A DNA stretch of 64,000 nucleotides from Candidatus Blackburnbacteria bacterium RIFCSPHIGHO2_12_FULL_44_25 (GCA_001816455.1 MHCB01000038.1:7965-71964); one strand, 5' to 3'; counted from the first letter of the stretch, positions 27,340-36,967 are shown. Notes: a model not told the origin generated them from the letters alone. Numbers and translations: made by a program.

Positions 27340-27966
27340 CTAGTCTAGTATTGTTATTGTCCGCACCTCCATCTTGTTGTAGATCTGAGTGATCAGGTTG
27401 GTAACATCACCGGCGATTCTCAACGTGTCACTCCCACTTGTCCTCTTGGTGTGGAGGAGCAGATGGTCTGGCCTGACGCTTACTAGCGTAACATCGTTGA
27501 GCTTTGCGCACCCGGAGGCCAGACGGTCTGCGCGCAGGTCTTCGTTGCGGCCGGAGTGCAGTCTCAGTGGCTCACCGGTAACAACGTCTACGACCTGGAG
27601 AACTGCTTTCAACTCTGATGGACTGCAACCAAAAACACTGTTGACCTTGAAATAGACGTCGACTTGAGGGACGCTTACCTCCACCGCTTCTTGTGTGTCC
27701 TCTTGTTCTGTCGGGAACAAGTTTCTTATGTGCAAGAGTCCTATGCCGATCAACATAAGGTTCATGTTGCCGAGTACGTACGTGAGAGGTATGGTAGCCA
27801 ACCCGAAAATTCCCACGAGGCTAGCTACCGTACAGAAAAAGGCTCCGATCACGAACAAGCCCAGGCCGCAAATCACCAGTAGTAATTTCACCAATGCCAG
27901 TGCCATCTGTTTCTCCTTCTGTTGCTCTTTGGCAACGGTCTGGGCTCTTTTTTTTGAAAAACCCAC
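27340..27966 (-). CDS. Hypothetical membrane protein
   Basis: N-terminal hydrophobic helices followed by a soluble domain. Confidence 0.75.
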   Translation of the reverse strand: MGFSKKRAQTVAKEQQKEKQMALALVKLLLVICGLGLFVIGAFFCTVASLVGIFGLATIPLTYVLGNMNLMLIGIGLLHIRNLFPTEQEDTQEAVEVSVPQVDVYFKVNSVFGCSPSELKAVLQVVDVVTGEPLRLHSGRNEDLRADRLASGCAKLNDVTLVSVRPDHLLLHTKRTSGSDTLRIAGDVTNLITQIYNKMEVRTITILD

Positions 27967-28101
27967 ATTGTTGCCTTTGAGCGTTAATTAAGGTGCAATC
28001 TATTTAAAAACACCAATTGCTTGCTGTTTTTAAGCGATTGCCGGGTACCGATCTTGTGCACGATGTGTGCGACGAAGACCGGCACCCGGTGGAAGGAAGA
28101 G

Positions 28102-28587
28102 TTAGATCTGCGACGGCCCGAAGGGACCGTTGATGTTCCAGTGGTCACTGGAATTGATGAGCTTTCCTTCATCCGACATAGGGTCGGAGGCCTCAAAGAT
28201 GCGAGCGATGTCGCCGCCTTCTACCGAATAGATGGCAGCAACGCCAAACGATCCGTCTGGACGGGCAGTGGTGTGGTTCACCGTGAACCAGAACGATGTC
28301 TTCATGGCCCCAAGGCCACACTTGAGGGGGATCTCCGACTCAGGCAGTACGACCAGGCCGTCATTGGTACCACCATTGTGTTGGTGGCAGAATCGTGCGA
28401 GGTCGTACAAGTCTCTCAACTGCACTGGCGTGTGGATGGCCAAATGGTCCTCGTCGCCTAGTACTTTGCTGAGAACGGCGTCCTCGGACGCTGTCGGTGC
28501 CTTTGCTCCTGCCCAGATGACTGGTGTGCTAGGAAAAAAGGTCCTCAGTGGTCCGGCGTCCTTGCTGTTTGCGGCAACTAGTTGCAT
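28102..28587 (-). CDS. Hypothetical protein
   Basis: Purine-rich RBS (GAAGGAAG); co-oriented with the operon, first gene after promoter 28811-28839. Confidence 0.65.
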   Translation of the reverse strand: MQLVAANSKDAGPLRTFFPSTPVIWAGAKAPTASEDAVLSKVLGDEDHLAIHTPVQLRDLYDLARFCHQHNGGTNDGLVVLPESEIPLKCGLGAMKTSFWFTVNHTTARPDGSFGVAAIYSVEGGDIARIFEASDPMSDEGKLINSSDHWNINGPFGPSQI

Positions 28588-28810
28588 TTTCTTCCTTCAT
28601 ATTTTCTGTGTGCTTATTGCAATCACAGGCGGCTTGTTAAGCAGCACACTGGCTACCTCAACTTGCACGAAAGAGATATACCAGAGTGCTACCAACAAGC
28701 TTTATTCAAGGTGCTAAGCTAATCCTGCTCGCTGCTGCTCCCAGGATCTTCGGCAACGTTTTGCCTCGATGTGTAAACGAGGCAAAAAGCGGCCTCGAGA
28801 TTATTTAAGT

Positions 28811-28839
28811 ATTGTACCTCAAAGAAGCTCAAAAGTCAA
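28811..28839 (-). promoter_or_regulatory. Promoter of ORFan operon, followed by a ~215-nt structured leader
   Basis: TTGACT-17-TACAAT. Hairpins TTTTGCCTCG...CGAGGCAAAA and GCTTGTT...AACAAGC lie downstream. Confidence 0.65.
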
Positions 28840-28860
28840 CTACTACAGGTTACTGCATGG

Positions 28861-28937
28861 AAAAGCCCCCGGTCTCGCGTCAGTCGTCTGGTTTCGTTGT
28901 TGAGACGAATCGTTGACGGCGAGGTCCGGGGGCTTGT
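28861..28937 (-). terminator. Long-hairpin terminator
   Basis: AAGCCCCCGG...CCGGGGGCTTTT on minus strand after the 28960 gene. Confidence 0.6.
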
Positions 28938-28959
28938 TGGTACCAGTCGGTACCTGGTT

Positions 28960-29454
28960 TTAGGATGTGTTTGGACGGAGGAGCGCAGTTAGCTTCTCTT
29001 GGTGCCCTTCGTCCTTTGGTATGGTGAGCAGCTCCTCTGCGGTGGTCCCGACTGATTCCGGCTCGAGCTTCCCTGCTTCCAAATGGAAGAGAAAGTGGCG
29101 CCAGGCACCGGTTTTCCCTGTCTTGATCAGTTCGAGATCGTGGGCGGCCGCCTCGGCGTTGTACTCCCTCTCGAGCATATTGAGCTCTTCTGGTGAGGTA
29201 CCGATTGCTCGGAGGGCGTCGGAGTCTGTAGGCAGTTTGGAGAGCATGTAGTAGAACAAGCACCCTCCTTCCCGCAGGTCTCTGAGCACTTCTTGAGCTG
29301 AGGGTTCTGGATCAGTGTTGTGTGATCCGTACATCACCCTCAATACCATGGCTTCCTGATCCTCTGGGAGACCAAGGGCTGCTGCGACCTCGGCTGCGCG
29401 GCCTTCCATGTCGAACATCATTCCCCGCATCCTTTGTTGCCAACCTACGTTCAT
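28960..29454 (-). CDS. Hypothetical protein with two internal GT(S/T)xEEL repeats
   Basis: GAGGAG SD before ATG 29454; promoter TTGACA-17-TACAAT at 29561-29589. Confidence 0.75.
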   Translation of the reverse strand: MNVGWQQRMRGMMFDMEGRAAEVAAALGLPEDQEAMVLRVMYGSHNTDPEPSAQEVLRDLREGGCLFYYMLSKLPTDSDALRAIGTSPEELNMLEREYNAEAAAHDLELIKTGKTGAWRHFLFHLEAGKLEPESVGTTAEELLTIPKDEGHQEKLTALLRPNTS

Positions 29455-29641
29455 TTTCAGCTCCTCTATTGTGTTTGAGAGCTTCTCGACTCGCCTAAAG
29501 GTTTGGTCGAGGTATAAAAGGTGCCAGAAAAGCACAATTGCTCGTGCTTTTACTACGCCTATTGTAACACGAAACAGCTACGATGTCAAAGATTATGGGA
29601 TAGCATGATACTGAACTTCCAGTCTTCAAGTAGACAGGTTG

Positions 29642-29687
29642 TTGACATAGCTTCTCTATCTGACTACAATCTGACTAGAAACTGACT
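29642..29687 (+). promoter_or_regulatory. Promoter overlapped by three CTGACT direct repeats (11-bp period)
   Basis: TTGACA (29642)-17-TACAAT (29665); CTGACT at 29660, 29671 and 29682. Confidence 0.7.
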
Positions 29688-29690
29688 GAG

Positions 29691-31067
29691 ATGTCAACTA
29701 AAACCACTTCGGCTCCGGAAGTTGCCCCTCCTCTTACAATTGCCACGCTCAAAAAATATGCACAGGAAGTTTTTACGCCCATACGGCGGGGTGAGTGCGT
29801 AAGTACAATCTGGCCCTTGATGGCTGGTAGACGGATTAGGAATAAATTCATTATCTCCTACCCCGAACTTTTCTCGGAAGAAATTGGGAATCCTTCAAAA
29901 TATCTGCTTGTGTATGTTGAACCTTTAGAACTTACCGAAGAATCAAACAGCGGATTTATAAGACTTGTTGCAAAGTCTATTCTTGAGGCTTTTTCTCAAA
30001 AAAACACGAAGGCTTTTAAAATTGGCGCAGAACTTTCATTTGACGAATCATTAGGGTATTCGACTCTTCTTGATCGTTTAGCACAGCTTGTTTCCACGGT
30101 GTCTTCTTTTGGGTTGGCGACTGTTTTATTTTTGGGGGAGTTTGATGAGCTTTCGTTTGCAAATTCGATTCTGCACAATAATCTTAAATCTGTTTGGGCA
30201 AGAGCTGGCGGCAGTTTGCAGTTTATCTTTCTTTTGCAGGATGATGTTACCAGGCCTGAGTCTATTAAGAAATATGACGAGATAAATTCTTTGCTTTTGC
30301 GGAATGTAGTTTATGTTCCTTTGGTTGGGGACGAAGATATTGATTATCTTATTGATTATTTTGCGAAGCGTTTGGATAGGTCTTTTTCGAAAGATGAGCG
30401 GACTCTTCTCCGAGAAGTTTGCGGAGGGCATCCATATCTTCTTAGTTCTTGTACGAGGCTTATTGCTTTGATGAATGAATGTCAAGCTTCTCTTGAGGAG
30501 ATACGAGAGGTGTTGTTATCTCATTTTGAGCCGAGATCGGCTACTCAAAAGATATTTGATAATCTTTTACCTTCGGAGCAAGAATTTTTGAAGAACATGG
30601 TTTTGGGCAATGGTACTGCTGTTACCAATTTGCCCCCTTCGGTGTCCTCTCTTTTAAACTTGGGACTTATTAAAAAAGACGAGGAGGGCAAGTGGGTTCC
30701 GTTTGGAGAGATTTTTGCTGCTATCATTAAGGGCGATCAGGTTGAAGTTGCCCACTCGCCTGATTCGGGTTCTCACGGTTTGCACTACGATGAGTCTACT
30801 GGAGGAATTACTGTTGGCGGTGTAAATGTTGAAGAGAAATTTACGCGGCAGGAATATGATATTTTACGCTTCTTTTTGAAGGATTTGACCAAACTTCGGT
30901 CACGGGAGGAAATTGGTGAGGCCATGTGGGGCGAGCAGTCGTATGATAAGTATTCCGATTGGGCAATTGATCAGATAATGAGTAAACTTCGTAAGAAACT
31001 CAAAAGTTTAGGTATGGAGAAGGCCTTAGTTACTGTTCGAGGGCGGGGGTACAAGTTTTCTATTTAG
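29691..31067 (+). CDS. Degenerate P-loop (STAND-like) domain fused to OmpR/PhoB winged HTH; transcriptional regulator
   Basis: LFLGEFD Walker B-like motif and CGGHPYL; C-terminal FTRQEYDIL...SDWAIDQIMSKLRKKL...TVRGRGY. Confidence 0.85.
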   Translation: MSTKTTSAPEVAPPLTIATLKKYAQEVFTPIRRGECVSTIWPLMAGRRIRNKFIISYPELFSEEIGNPSKYLLVYVEPLELTEESNSGFIRLVAKSILEAFSQKNTKAFKIGAELSFDESLGYSTLLDRLAQLVSTVSSFGLATVLFLGEFDELSFANSILHNNLKSVWARAGGSLQFIFLLQDDVTRPESIKKYDEINSLLLRNVVYVPLVGDEDIDYLIDYFAKRLDRSFSKDERTLLREVCGGHPYLLSSCTRLIALMNECQASLEEIREVLLSHFEPRSATQKIFDNLLPSEQEFLKNMVLGNGTAVTNLPPSVSSLLNLGLIKKDEEGKWVPFGEIFAAIIKGDQVEVAHSPDSGSHGLHYDESTGGITVGGVNVEEKFTRQEYDILRFFLKDLTKLRSREEIGEAMWGEQSYDKYSDWAIDQIMSKLRKKLKSLGMEKALVTVRGRGYKFSI

Positions 31068-31070
31068 GGA

Positions 31071-33338
31071 TTATCTGGGAGCGTATTCTCTGAGCACTTC
31101 GTTATTGATATGTGTGACAGACGGGATTATCTCATCGGTAGACAGTCCCCTTTCTCTACCGCCGACTGCTTCTTTGCCCCAATGTTGGATTGCGTATGGG
31201 AGCGAAGTTTCTTTTAGTGCGTGGGGTTTTGTGCCTTCCGCGAGCTCTTTTCTTACTGCTGAGGAACCGGAGTAGGTTCCGGCGGTTATGATAACAGTTT
31301 CGATGCCTGTGTGTCGGCTGATTGCTTGGAAGTTTCGTATTGTTGTGTGAGTCGATCCGGGTCTTGAAACCAATATGGCCCCTGGTCTTGTTACCCTTTC
31401 GGGTTGTCTTTCTCGCGGAGCAAGATCCCTGCCTCCATTTTCCCATACACATTCTTCTGGCCCCATCAGTTGATAGCATTCCAATTCTACGTCCGGGTCT
31501 CTTCCGGCCTTATTTAAATCATTCCACAATTGCGCCTGTATGTTGTTTGCGGTTATGACCATTCTTTGGCTCATGTCGGTTTTTGTTGGGTCTGGTTGGA
31601 GTGCGGTGGTCATCATAACTTCTGATCGGTCAAATTCGTATCCGGAACCTAGTAGGATAGATCCTGTTCGGATTCTAATGGGACCCACGTGGGCTGTAGA
31701 TTTCTCGTAGCCCTCAACGTTTTGTGTACGAACTATGGGGAGTATGATTATGGCTCGTTGAATTGGTTTTCCGTCGCTCGTTGTTTGCGGAAGTGATTTG
31801 AGGTGGGCGTTACCGCACCAGACAAGATCCTCATGTCCTTTTGTCCAAGGGGCAAACGAACCAGGGAAGAAATAGATCCTAAAGATGCGGACCCCCGGTT
31901 TAACTACTTTGGAGAGGTCCACGTCTGCAATATCTTTCCAGGGGTTGATTCGAAGTTTTTCGGCAGCGTAACGGGCAGCATGGGGGAACGGAATGAGGCC
32001 TGCTCGCATGGCTTCCCTTCCAATATCTCGCACAAGGTGGGGAAAATAAGTAATGATGAGGTTGGTTAATGGTCCAATGTTGTCTATTCTGGCAGATTCG
32101 GCCGCCTTTACTAGGGCTTTGGCAATTTCCCTGTCTGAGAGGCCTGCGTTCTCGGCTTCGTGAATGGAGAGTGCTGCGAATTGTGCAAAGTCTTCGGGCC
32201 GAGGGACAAGTGATTTTTTGTCGGCTGTAACAAGCGACGTTCGGTAGGCATAACTGAACACCTCACCGTATCGCTGTTTAAGTTGCCTTTCTACAAGTTT
32301 GAGTTCTAGTTCGAGATCTTGAGCCCAGGCTTGTTTTCTCAGGGAGATTTGCAGTTTGGCAATAGAGTTACGCAGAGCGATAAAGGGTTGAAAGAGTATT
32401 TCGGCCTCTCGGCCCTTGATTGCTGTTGGGGGTTTCCAGAGGTCTGTAAGAGATTCTACATCTTGGCCGATTGTTGTTCCAATGATGGCTTTAAGAAAGA
32501 CAGTCGCTGCTTGGGCATTTTCTTTACTTGTGGAGATCTTTGTATCTAACCAGGAGTAGAAGACATACTCGGACTCTTTATATTTAAGAGTGTTTAGTAT
32601 GTCGAGAAGACTTTTGGGGATTGTTAAGTCATGATTGGGTTTATATATATTTGTGGGTATTTCCGTACTTGTTCTTAGCCCGTAGAGGCATAATGCCAGA
32701 GTGTTGGTGAGTTGAGTTACTACGTTACCTGGCTCGTCGCAGAGTCCCATGATTGTTAGTGCGTCCTCCAGGGTTTTTTCCAAAAGGACTTCGCCAGGAG
32801 GGGCAGGCTCTACCCAGGCTGTTGGGGTTCTTAGTTCGGCGTGAAGGTCTTCGCAAAAGGTAGTTAGGAGTTTGTGGAATTGCGGTTTGGTTAGACCGGG
32901 TACTCTTTGCGCCGGATCTTTGTGGGGTTTTCCTCTAACCAGCTTTCGGATTGGGTCAAGTTTGAGCAATTGAGCTCCCACCCACCTGACAAAGACGTTC
33001 TCTCCTTGTGGCATTGTTGAGCGTATTGTTTTCATGCGCTCTTCTACAAGTTTGGTTGGCCATCTTTCCACGATTTCAAGTAATTTTTCTAATTCTCCGC
33101 CTTTTCCTGGATAGAGTTCGACGTACCCGAAGGGAATTGGCTTTTCTCCTTTTACTGCGTCTTGTAGTGCTGCAATTAGTCCGAGGTGTGTTGTTACCTG
33201 TTTTACTATGTGTGGCACACCTTCAGGTTGGGCAGATGTTCCTCTTCCGTCGGGCATAAAGAAGGTTCCCGTTTCTCTTATGCCAAGGTAACGTTCGGAT
33301 AGTGCTGTCATTTGACTTAAAAAGGCCGCGGTTACCAA
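31071..33338 (-). CDS. Large protein with C-terminal HxGH-type nucleotidyltransferase-like domain
   Basis: YFFPGSFAPWTKGH (~31833-31872) resembles PGSFDPxTxGH; helical N-terminal region. Confidence 0.65.
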   Translation of the reverse strand: MVTAAFLSQMTALSERYLGIRETGTFFMPDGRGTSAQPEGVPHIVKQVTTHLGLIAALQDAVKGEKPIPFGYVELYPGKGGELEKLLEIVERWPTKLVEERMKTIRSTMPQGENVFVRWVGAQLLKLDPIRKLVRGKPHKDPAQRVPGLTKPQFHKLLTTFCEDLHAELRTPTAWVEPAPPGEVLLEKTLEDALTIMGLCDEPGNVVTQLTNTLALCLYGLRTSTEIPTNIYKPNHDLTIPKSLLDILNTLKYKESEYVFYSWLDTKISTSKENAQAATVFLKAIIGTTIGQDVESLTDLWKPPTAIKGREAEILFQPFIALRNSIAKLQISLRKQAWAQDLELELKLVERQLKQRYGEVFSYAYRTSLVTADKKSLVPRPEDFAQFAALSIHEAENAGLSDREIAKALVKAAESARIDNIGPLTNLIITYFPHLVRDIGREAMRAGLIPFPHAARYAAEKLRINPWKDIADVDLSKVVKPGVRIFRIYFFPGSFAPWTKGHEDLVWCGNAHLKSLPQTTSDGKPIQRAIIILPIVRTQNVEGYEKSTAHVGPIRIRTGSILLGSGYEFDRSEVMMTTALQPDPTKTDMSQRMVITANNIQAQLWNDLNKAGRDPDVELECYQLMGPEECVWENGGRDLAPRERQPERVTRPGAILVSRPGSTHTTIRNFQAISRHTGIETVIITAGTYSGSSAVRKELAEGTKPHALKETSLPYAIQHWGKEAVGGRERGLSTDEIIPSVTHINNEVLREYAPR

Positions 33339-33509
33339 CCGGGCCTTTTTTAGATTGGCTTATTTTAGTCCTGCTTGGGCTTGCTTTCAACTTAGTCAGG
33401 AAAATCAGTTTCGATTTGTGGCTAATTTACTAGATTCAAGTCAAGTTGGAGTCAAGCGGATACTGTTTTACCGGTTTAGTATTTAACTTATGAAAGGAGG
33501 ATTAGCAAG

Positions 33510-33731
33510 ATGACACAACAAAGAGTTGTCGAGCCCGTACAGGAATGGTTACTTGCTCAAGGTCGCTGCACCGGATGCGGTGAGTCACTTGAGGAAGCTG
33601 AGAAGCAGGAGTGCCAAGGGTTTTGGATGGTTATATGCCAGTGCGAGCGCGTTTTTATATATGACGCGCGAACTGGCGTTTATCGAAGACGTGCGTTGAG
33701 GGGTGTATCAAGTTGGAGAGGAGCGTATTAA
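33510..33731 (+). CDS. Small zinc-ribbon protein
   Basis: GRCTGCG...ICQCERVF; AAAGGAGG SD. Confidence 0.8.
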   Translation: MTQQRVVEPVQEWLLAQGRCTGCGESLEEAEKQECQGFWMVICQCERVFIYDARTGVYRRRALRGVSSWRGAY

Positions 33732-33785
33732 ATGACTTCTCGATCACCGCCTCGGAGGGGCGGAAAATACCAGCTAACTGCCTAG

Positions 33786-33816
33786 GGAGGGTGCCAGACG
33801 GCACCCTCCTTTTTTT
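33786..33816 (+). terminator. Intrinsic terminator
   Basis: ggagggtgcc-agac-ggcaccctcc followed by a T run. Confidence 0.85.
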
Positions 33817-33901
33817 GTTGGGGCGTATATGCCGGGGTTATAAAATTAGCTTGCCACACCGGGTGTGGTTGCCTGAATTATTGGAGATGGTAGAATAGTT
33901 T

Positions 33902-34192
33902 GTGGATACTGTTACGCTTGAGACACTGGGTGCGTTGGCGTTGGATTTGAAGCGTGCCTCTCTCGCCTTTTGGAACGGATCTACTTCTACAGGGGAACGA
34001 TTTATTGCGGAGGTAGTTATCAGACAAAGGGAGGTTAATATGGATGAAGTTGATACAAGGACGCGAAACGTTTTAGAGGCTTTGCCGGGAGTTTTTTCGC
34101 AGGACGACACTAAAAAGAAGGCCGAAGATCTTTTAATGTACAGTACTCTTGTGCAAAATCGTGTTACGATTTCTTTGAAGCTCCTAAGTTAG
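33902..34192 (+). CDS. Small helical hypothetical protein
   Basis: LALDLKRAS...AEDLLMYSTLVQN. Confidence 0.7.
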   Translation: MDTVTLETLGALALDLKRASLAFWNGSTSTGERFIAEVVIRQREVNMDEVDTRTRNVLEALPGVFSQDDTKKKAEDLLMYSTLVQNRVTISLKLLS

Positions 34193-34551
34193 CTTGATCT
34201 CTCTGCTGTTGGTTGATTCCGAAGGGAGGCTGCAACTTGCAAGACACTGGCGATTTCTTGAGAGTTGGGTTTGTCGCCTCCTGCTATGCGCTGGTCTGGT
34301 TGTACGACTACTTGACTAGGATCTACGCTTTCAAGGACTACTCGGAAGAGAACGTCGTCACCGTCGGATCCCCAGGAGACTGGGATGCATACTAAACCCG
34401 TTTTCGTTGCCTCTACGACCATGAAATAGTCGCTTGTAGGTTTGCCGTTTTCGCCAAGTCCTCGTACGACTGTCCCCGGCTCTAGCGGTCTCTCGTCTAC
34501 TCTTTCGGCGGTCATTTGGCTAAATATAGATGCAGGGAGTGGGGATTGCAA
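34189..34551 (-). CDS. Hypothetical protein
   Basis: ORF fills the gap; start uncertain. Confidence 0.55.
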   Translation of the reverse strand: MQSPLPASIFSQMTAERVDERPLEPGTVVRGLGENGKPTSDYFMVVEATKTGLVCIPVSWGSDGDDVLFRVVLESVDPSQVVVQPDQRIAGGDKPNSQEIASVLQVAASLRNQPTAERSS

Positions 34552-34591
34552 TAGCTAGTTGTTTATCGTAGATTTAATATCGTTGCCTCAA

Positions 34592-35005
34592 ATGGAAGAT
34601 CAAAATTTAACCTCAACTTCGAATGCTATGACTTTGGTGAGCGTTGAGAGCTCGATTAAGCATAATTTGGCTCAAATTGCCAAGACTCGGGCGGACTTAA
34701 AAGTCCAAAAAGAGATGGTTGATTCTTTTTTGGAAAATGATCCTTTGTATATGGAGCATGCAAAAGCGGCTAAGGATGCGGCGGCTCAAAAGAGTGCGAC
34801 AAAGCAAAAGCTTTTGAAGCAATCTCATGCGGTGACCGTTGTTGATAAGATTATCGCTTTAAGGGAGGAAATGCGTGTGGCACAAGAAGCTTTATCTTAT
34901 TATCTTGGAGAATACCAACAGATGACGGGTTTTAATGAGTTTGAGGATGAGAACGGAGAAGTGAAACAGATTGTGTATGTTGCAAAGTTAGTAAAAAAAG
35001 CCTAG
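34592..35005 (+). CDS. Coiled-coil hypothetical protein
   Basis: LSYYLGEYQQMTGFNEFEDENGEVKQIVYVAKLVK C-terminus. Confidence 0.8.
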   Translation: MEDQNLTSTSNAMTLVSVESSIKHNLAQIAKTRADLKVQKEMVDSFLENDPLYMEHAKAAKDAAAQKSATKQKLLKQSHAVTVVDKIIALREEMRVAQEALSYYLGEYQQMTGFNEFEDENGEVKQIVYVAKLVKKA

Positions 35006-35074
35006 CTCCAGACCCTATTAATTTTTCGGGTTTCTTCATGTGTTTCTTCGTTTGTGCTGTGGTATATTTCGGGC

Positions 35075-36511
35075 ATGAGGGAGATTTGGCAAGAGTCTAT
35101 AAGGGCGCATGAGTCGCCTCTTGTTGGGAGAGCGGTCGAAAGGGCGCGGGAGTTGCCTCTGGCAAGTTTGCGGGAGGCAGGTTTTTATAGAGATAGAGGC
35201 AAGTATTTCTTGAATATATCCTATCCGTCATTGCAAGCAATGTCTGAAGTAAGCGCGGCTGGCATTTACCCCCCGGCTGCTTCTGGCACTGGCAGAAGAG
35301 TTGCTTTGTATGTCCACATGCCTTTTTGTACTGCAGAGTGTTACTACTGTCATTACTATAAGAAATTTGGTCAGTCTTCTGGGGCAGTTGATACGTATCT
35401 TGGGGCCATTGATCGAGAGTTGGAGTTGTATCAGAGACAATTCGGAGGTCTCGAGGCTGTTTCTGTGTATGTTGGTGGAGGAACGCCAAGTTATTTGAAT
35501 CCAGACCAGATAGACCGGTTGTTGGGGATTATCAAAGCACATACTAGTATCCAGAAGGGCGCAGAGGTTTGTTTTGAAATGCACCCAGAGAGTACGACAG
35601 CCGACAGGGTTTCTGTGTTAGTTGGTCATGGGGTAAACAGGGTGAGCATTGGCGTTGAGAGTTTTGAGGATAGGCTTCTGAAGGCTGAAAATAGGCGCCA
35701 TACCGCTCAGGAAGCGGTAGCTGCTTTTGAAAGAGTGAGGGGTGGTGGTATTGCAAACGTTAATCTTGATTTGATTTATGGTCTTCGTGGGCAAGACTTG
35801 TCTGGTTGGGAATACAACCTTGATCGGATAGCTGTTTTGCAACCAACTTCAGCCACTATGTACTATTTAAGACTCAAAACGGGGACGCCTGAGTATAAGC
35901 TTTGGCAAGCCGATCCCAAGAGTTTTCCGTCGGATGAGGAACTAATGCTTATGCATATTATGAGTTTTGAAAAGATGGAGGGACAGTTAGGTTACACGCA
36001 GAGTCCTGTCGACTGGTTTATTAGAGATCCGAGCTTTTTCCACACATATCAGGATTACAATTGGAGGAGATCTGACGAGACTCCCCTTCTCGGTGTAGGG
36101 GCTTCTGCTTATTCGGCTATTGATGGTTGGCAGTATTACAACATTAATGATACTGGCCGTTATCAGGTTGCTTTATCGGAAGCTCGACTGCCTATCTGGA
36201 GAGGTGAGCATCTTCCTCCGGAAGAAAGGATGAGAAGAACTGTTATGTTGGGTATAAAGATGGGTATAGACAGGTCGGTGTTTCGGACAACTTATGGGGT
36301 TGACGTAGTGGACGCGTTTGAGAGCATGTGGCAGAGGCTATCAGATTTAGGGTTAGTTGTTGTTACAGATCAGATGGTTGATCTTACTTATACTGGTAAA
36401 TTATTTGCAGATGAGGTGGGGCAGGTTTTTTACTCTGCTGCTATGAAAAAAAGGATGGAGGCAGTCGATCCGCATTTAATTTCTACCACTTGGCCTCAGT
36501 TTAATAGATAG
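35075..36511 (+). CDS. HemN/HemW-like radical SAM protein
   Basis: LYVHMPFCTAECYYC, VYVGGGTPS, RVSIGVESF, NLDLIYGL and LGVGASA. Confidence 0.9.
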   Translation: MREIWQESIRAHESPLVGRAVERARELPLASLREAGFYRDRGKYFLNISYPSLQAMSEVSAAGIYPPAASGTGRRVALYVHMPFCTAECYYCHYYKKFGQSSGAVDTYLGAIDRELELYQRQFGGLEAVSVYVGGGTPSYLNPDQIDRLLGIIKAHTSIQKGAEVCFEMHPESTTADRVSVLVGHGVNRVSIGVESFEDRLLKAENRRHTAQEAVAAFERVRGGGIANVNLDLIYGLRGQDLSGWEYNLDRIAVLQPTSATMYYLRLKTGTPEYKLWQADPKSFPSDEELMLMHIMSFEKMEGQLGYTQSPVDWFIRDPSFFHTYQDYNWRRSDETPLLGVGASAYSAIDGWQYYNINDTGRYQVALSEARLPIWRGEHLPPEERMRRTVMLGIKMGIDRSVFRTTYGVDVVDAFESMWQRLSDLGLVVVTDQMVDLTYTGKLFADEVGQVFYSAAMKKRMEAVDPHLISTTWPQFNR

Positions 36512-36537
36512 ATTAGAGTTTGGGGAGCCCTGGAGTT

Positions 36538-36726
36538 TTAATTGCGCTTTCCCAAGAAACCTAGCAAAGGGGACCCTGCTCCGATGAGAAAACCGAATTG
36601 GTACCAGCCGGTGTTTCTGGCAACGTCAAAAATTGGGTACTGTGTAAAAACGCCGAATATATGCAGTAGAAGTAATGGCCATGCGGTTAAGCCGTTTAAA
36701 AGTCCAAACAGGAGATTTTCTATCAT
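36538..36726 (-). CDS. Small membrane protein
   Basis: GLLNG...NTGWYQFGFLIG. Confidence 0.7.
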   Translation of the reverse strand: MIENLLFGLLNGLTAWPLLLLHIFGVFTQYPIFDVARNTGWYQFGFLIGAGSPLLGFLGKRN

Positions 36727-36858
36727 TTGATGCTCTTTAGTTGATTATACACTAAGATTGACGGAAGTTGCTTTTTTTGGCCGCATTCGTAAGGTAGTCC
36801 ACTCTGGTGTTTATTCCGTGTTCGCTATTCGATGTAATCAGACTCAACTAGTATACTA

Positions 36859-36936
36859 TGGGGTGGCTAACCGGGCTCGAACCGGCGACCTGTAGGTCCA
36901 CAACCTACTGCTCTAACCAACTGAGCTATAGCCACC
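36859..36936 (-). tRNA. tRNA-His(GTG)
   Basis: G-1 GTGGCTATAGCTCAG; loop TTGTGGA; CCCA end. Confidence 0.95.
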
Positions 36937-36967
36937 AAAATTAGTGATAGTGCGGGATGCTTGGACT

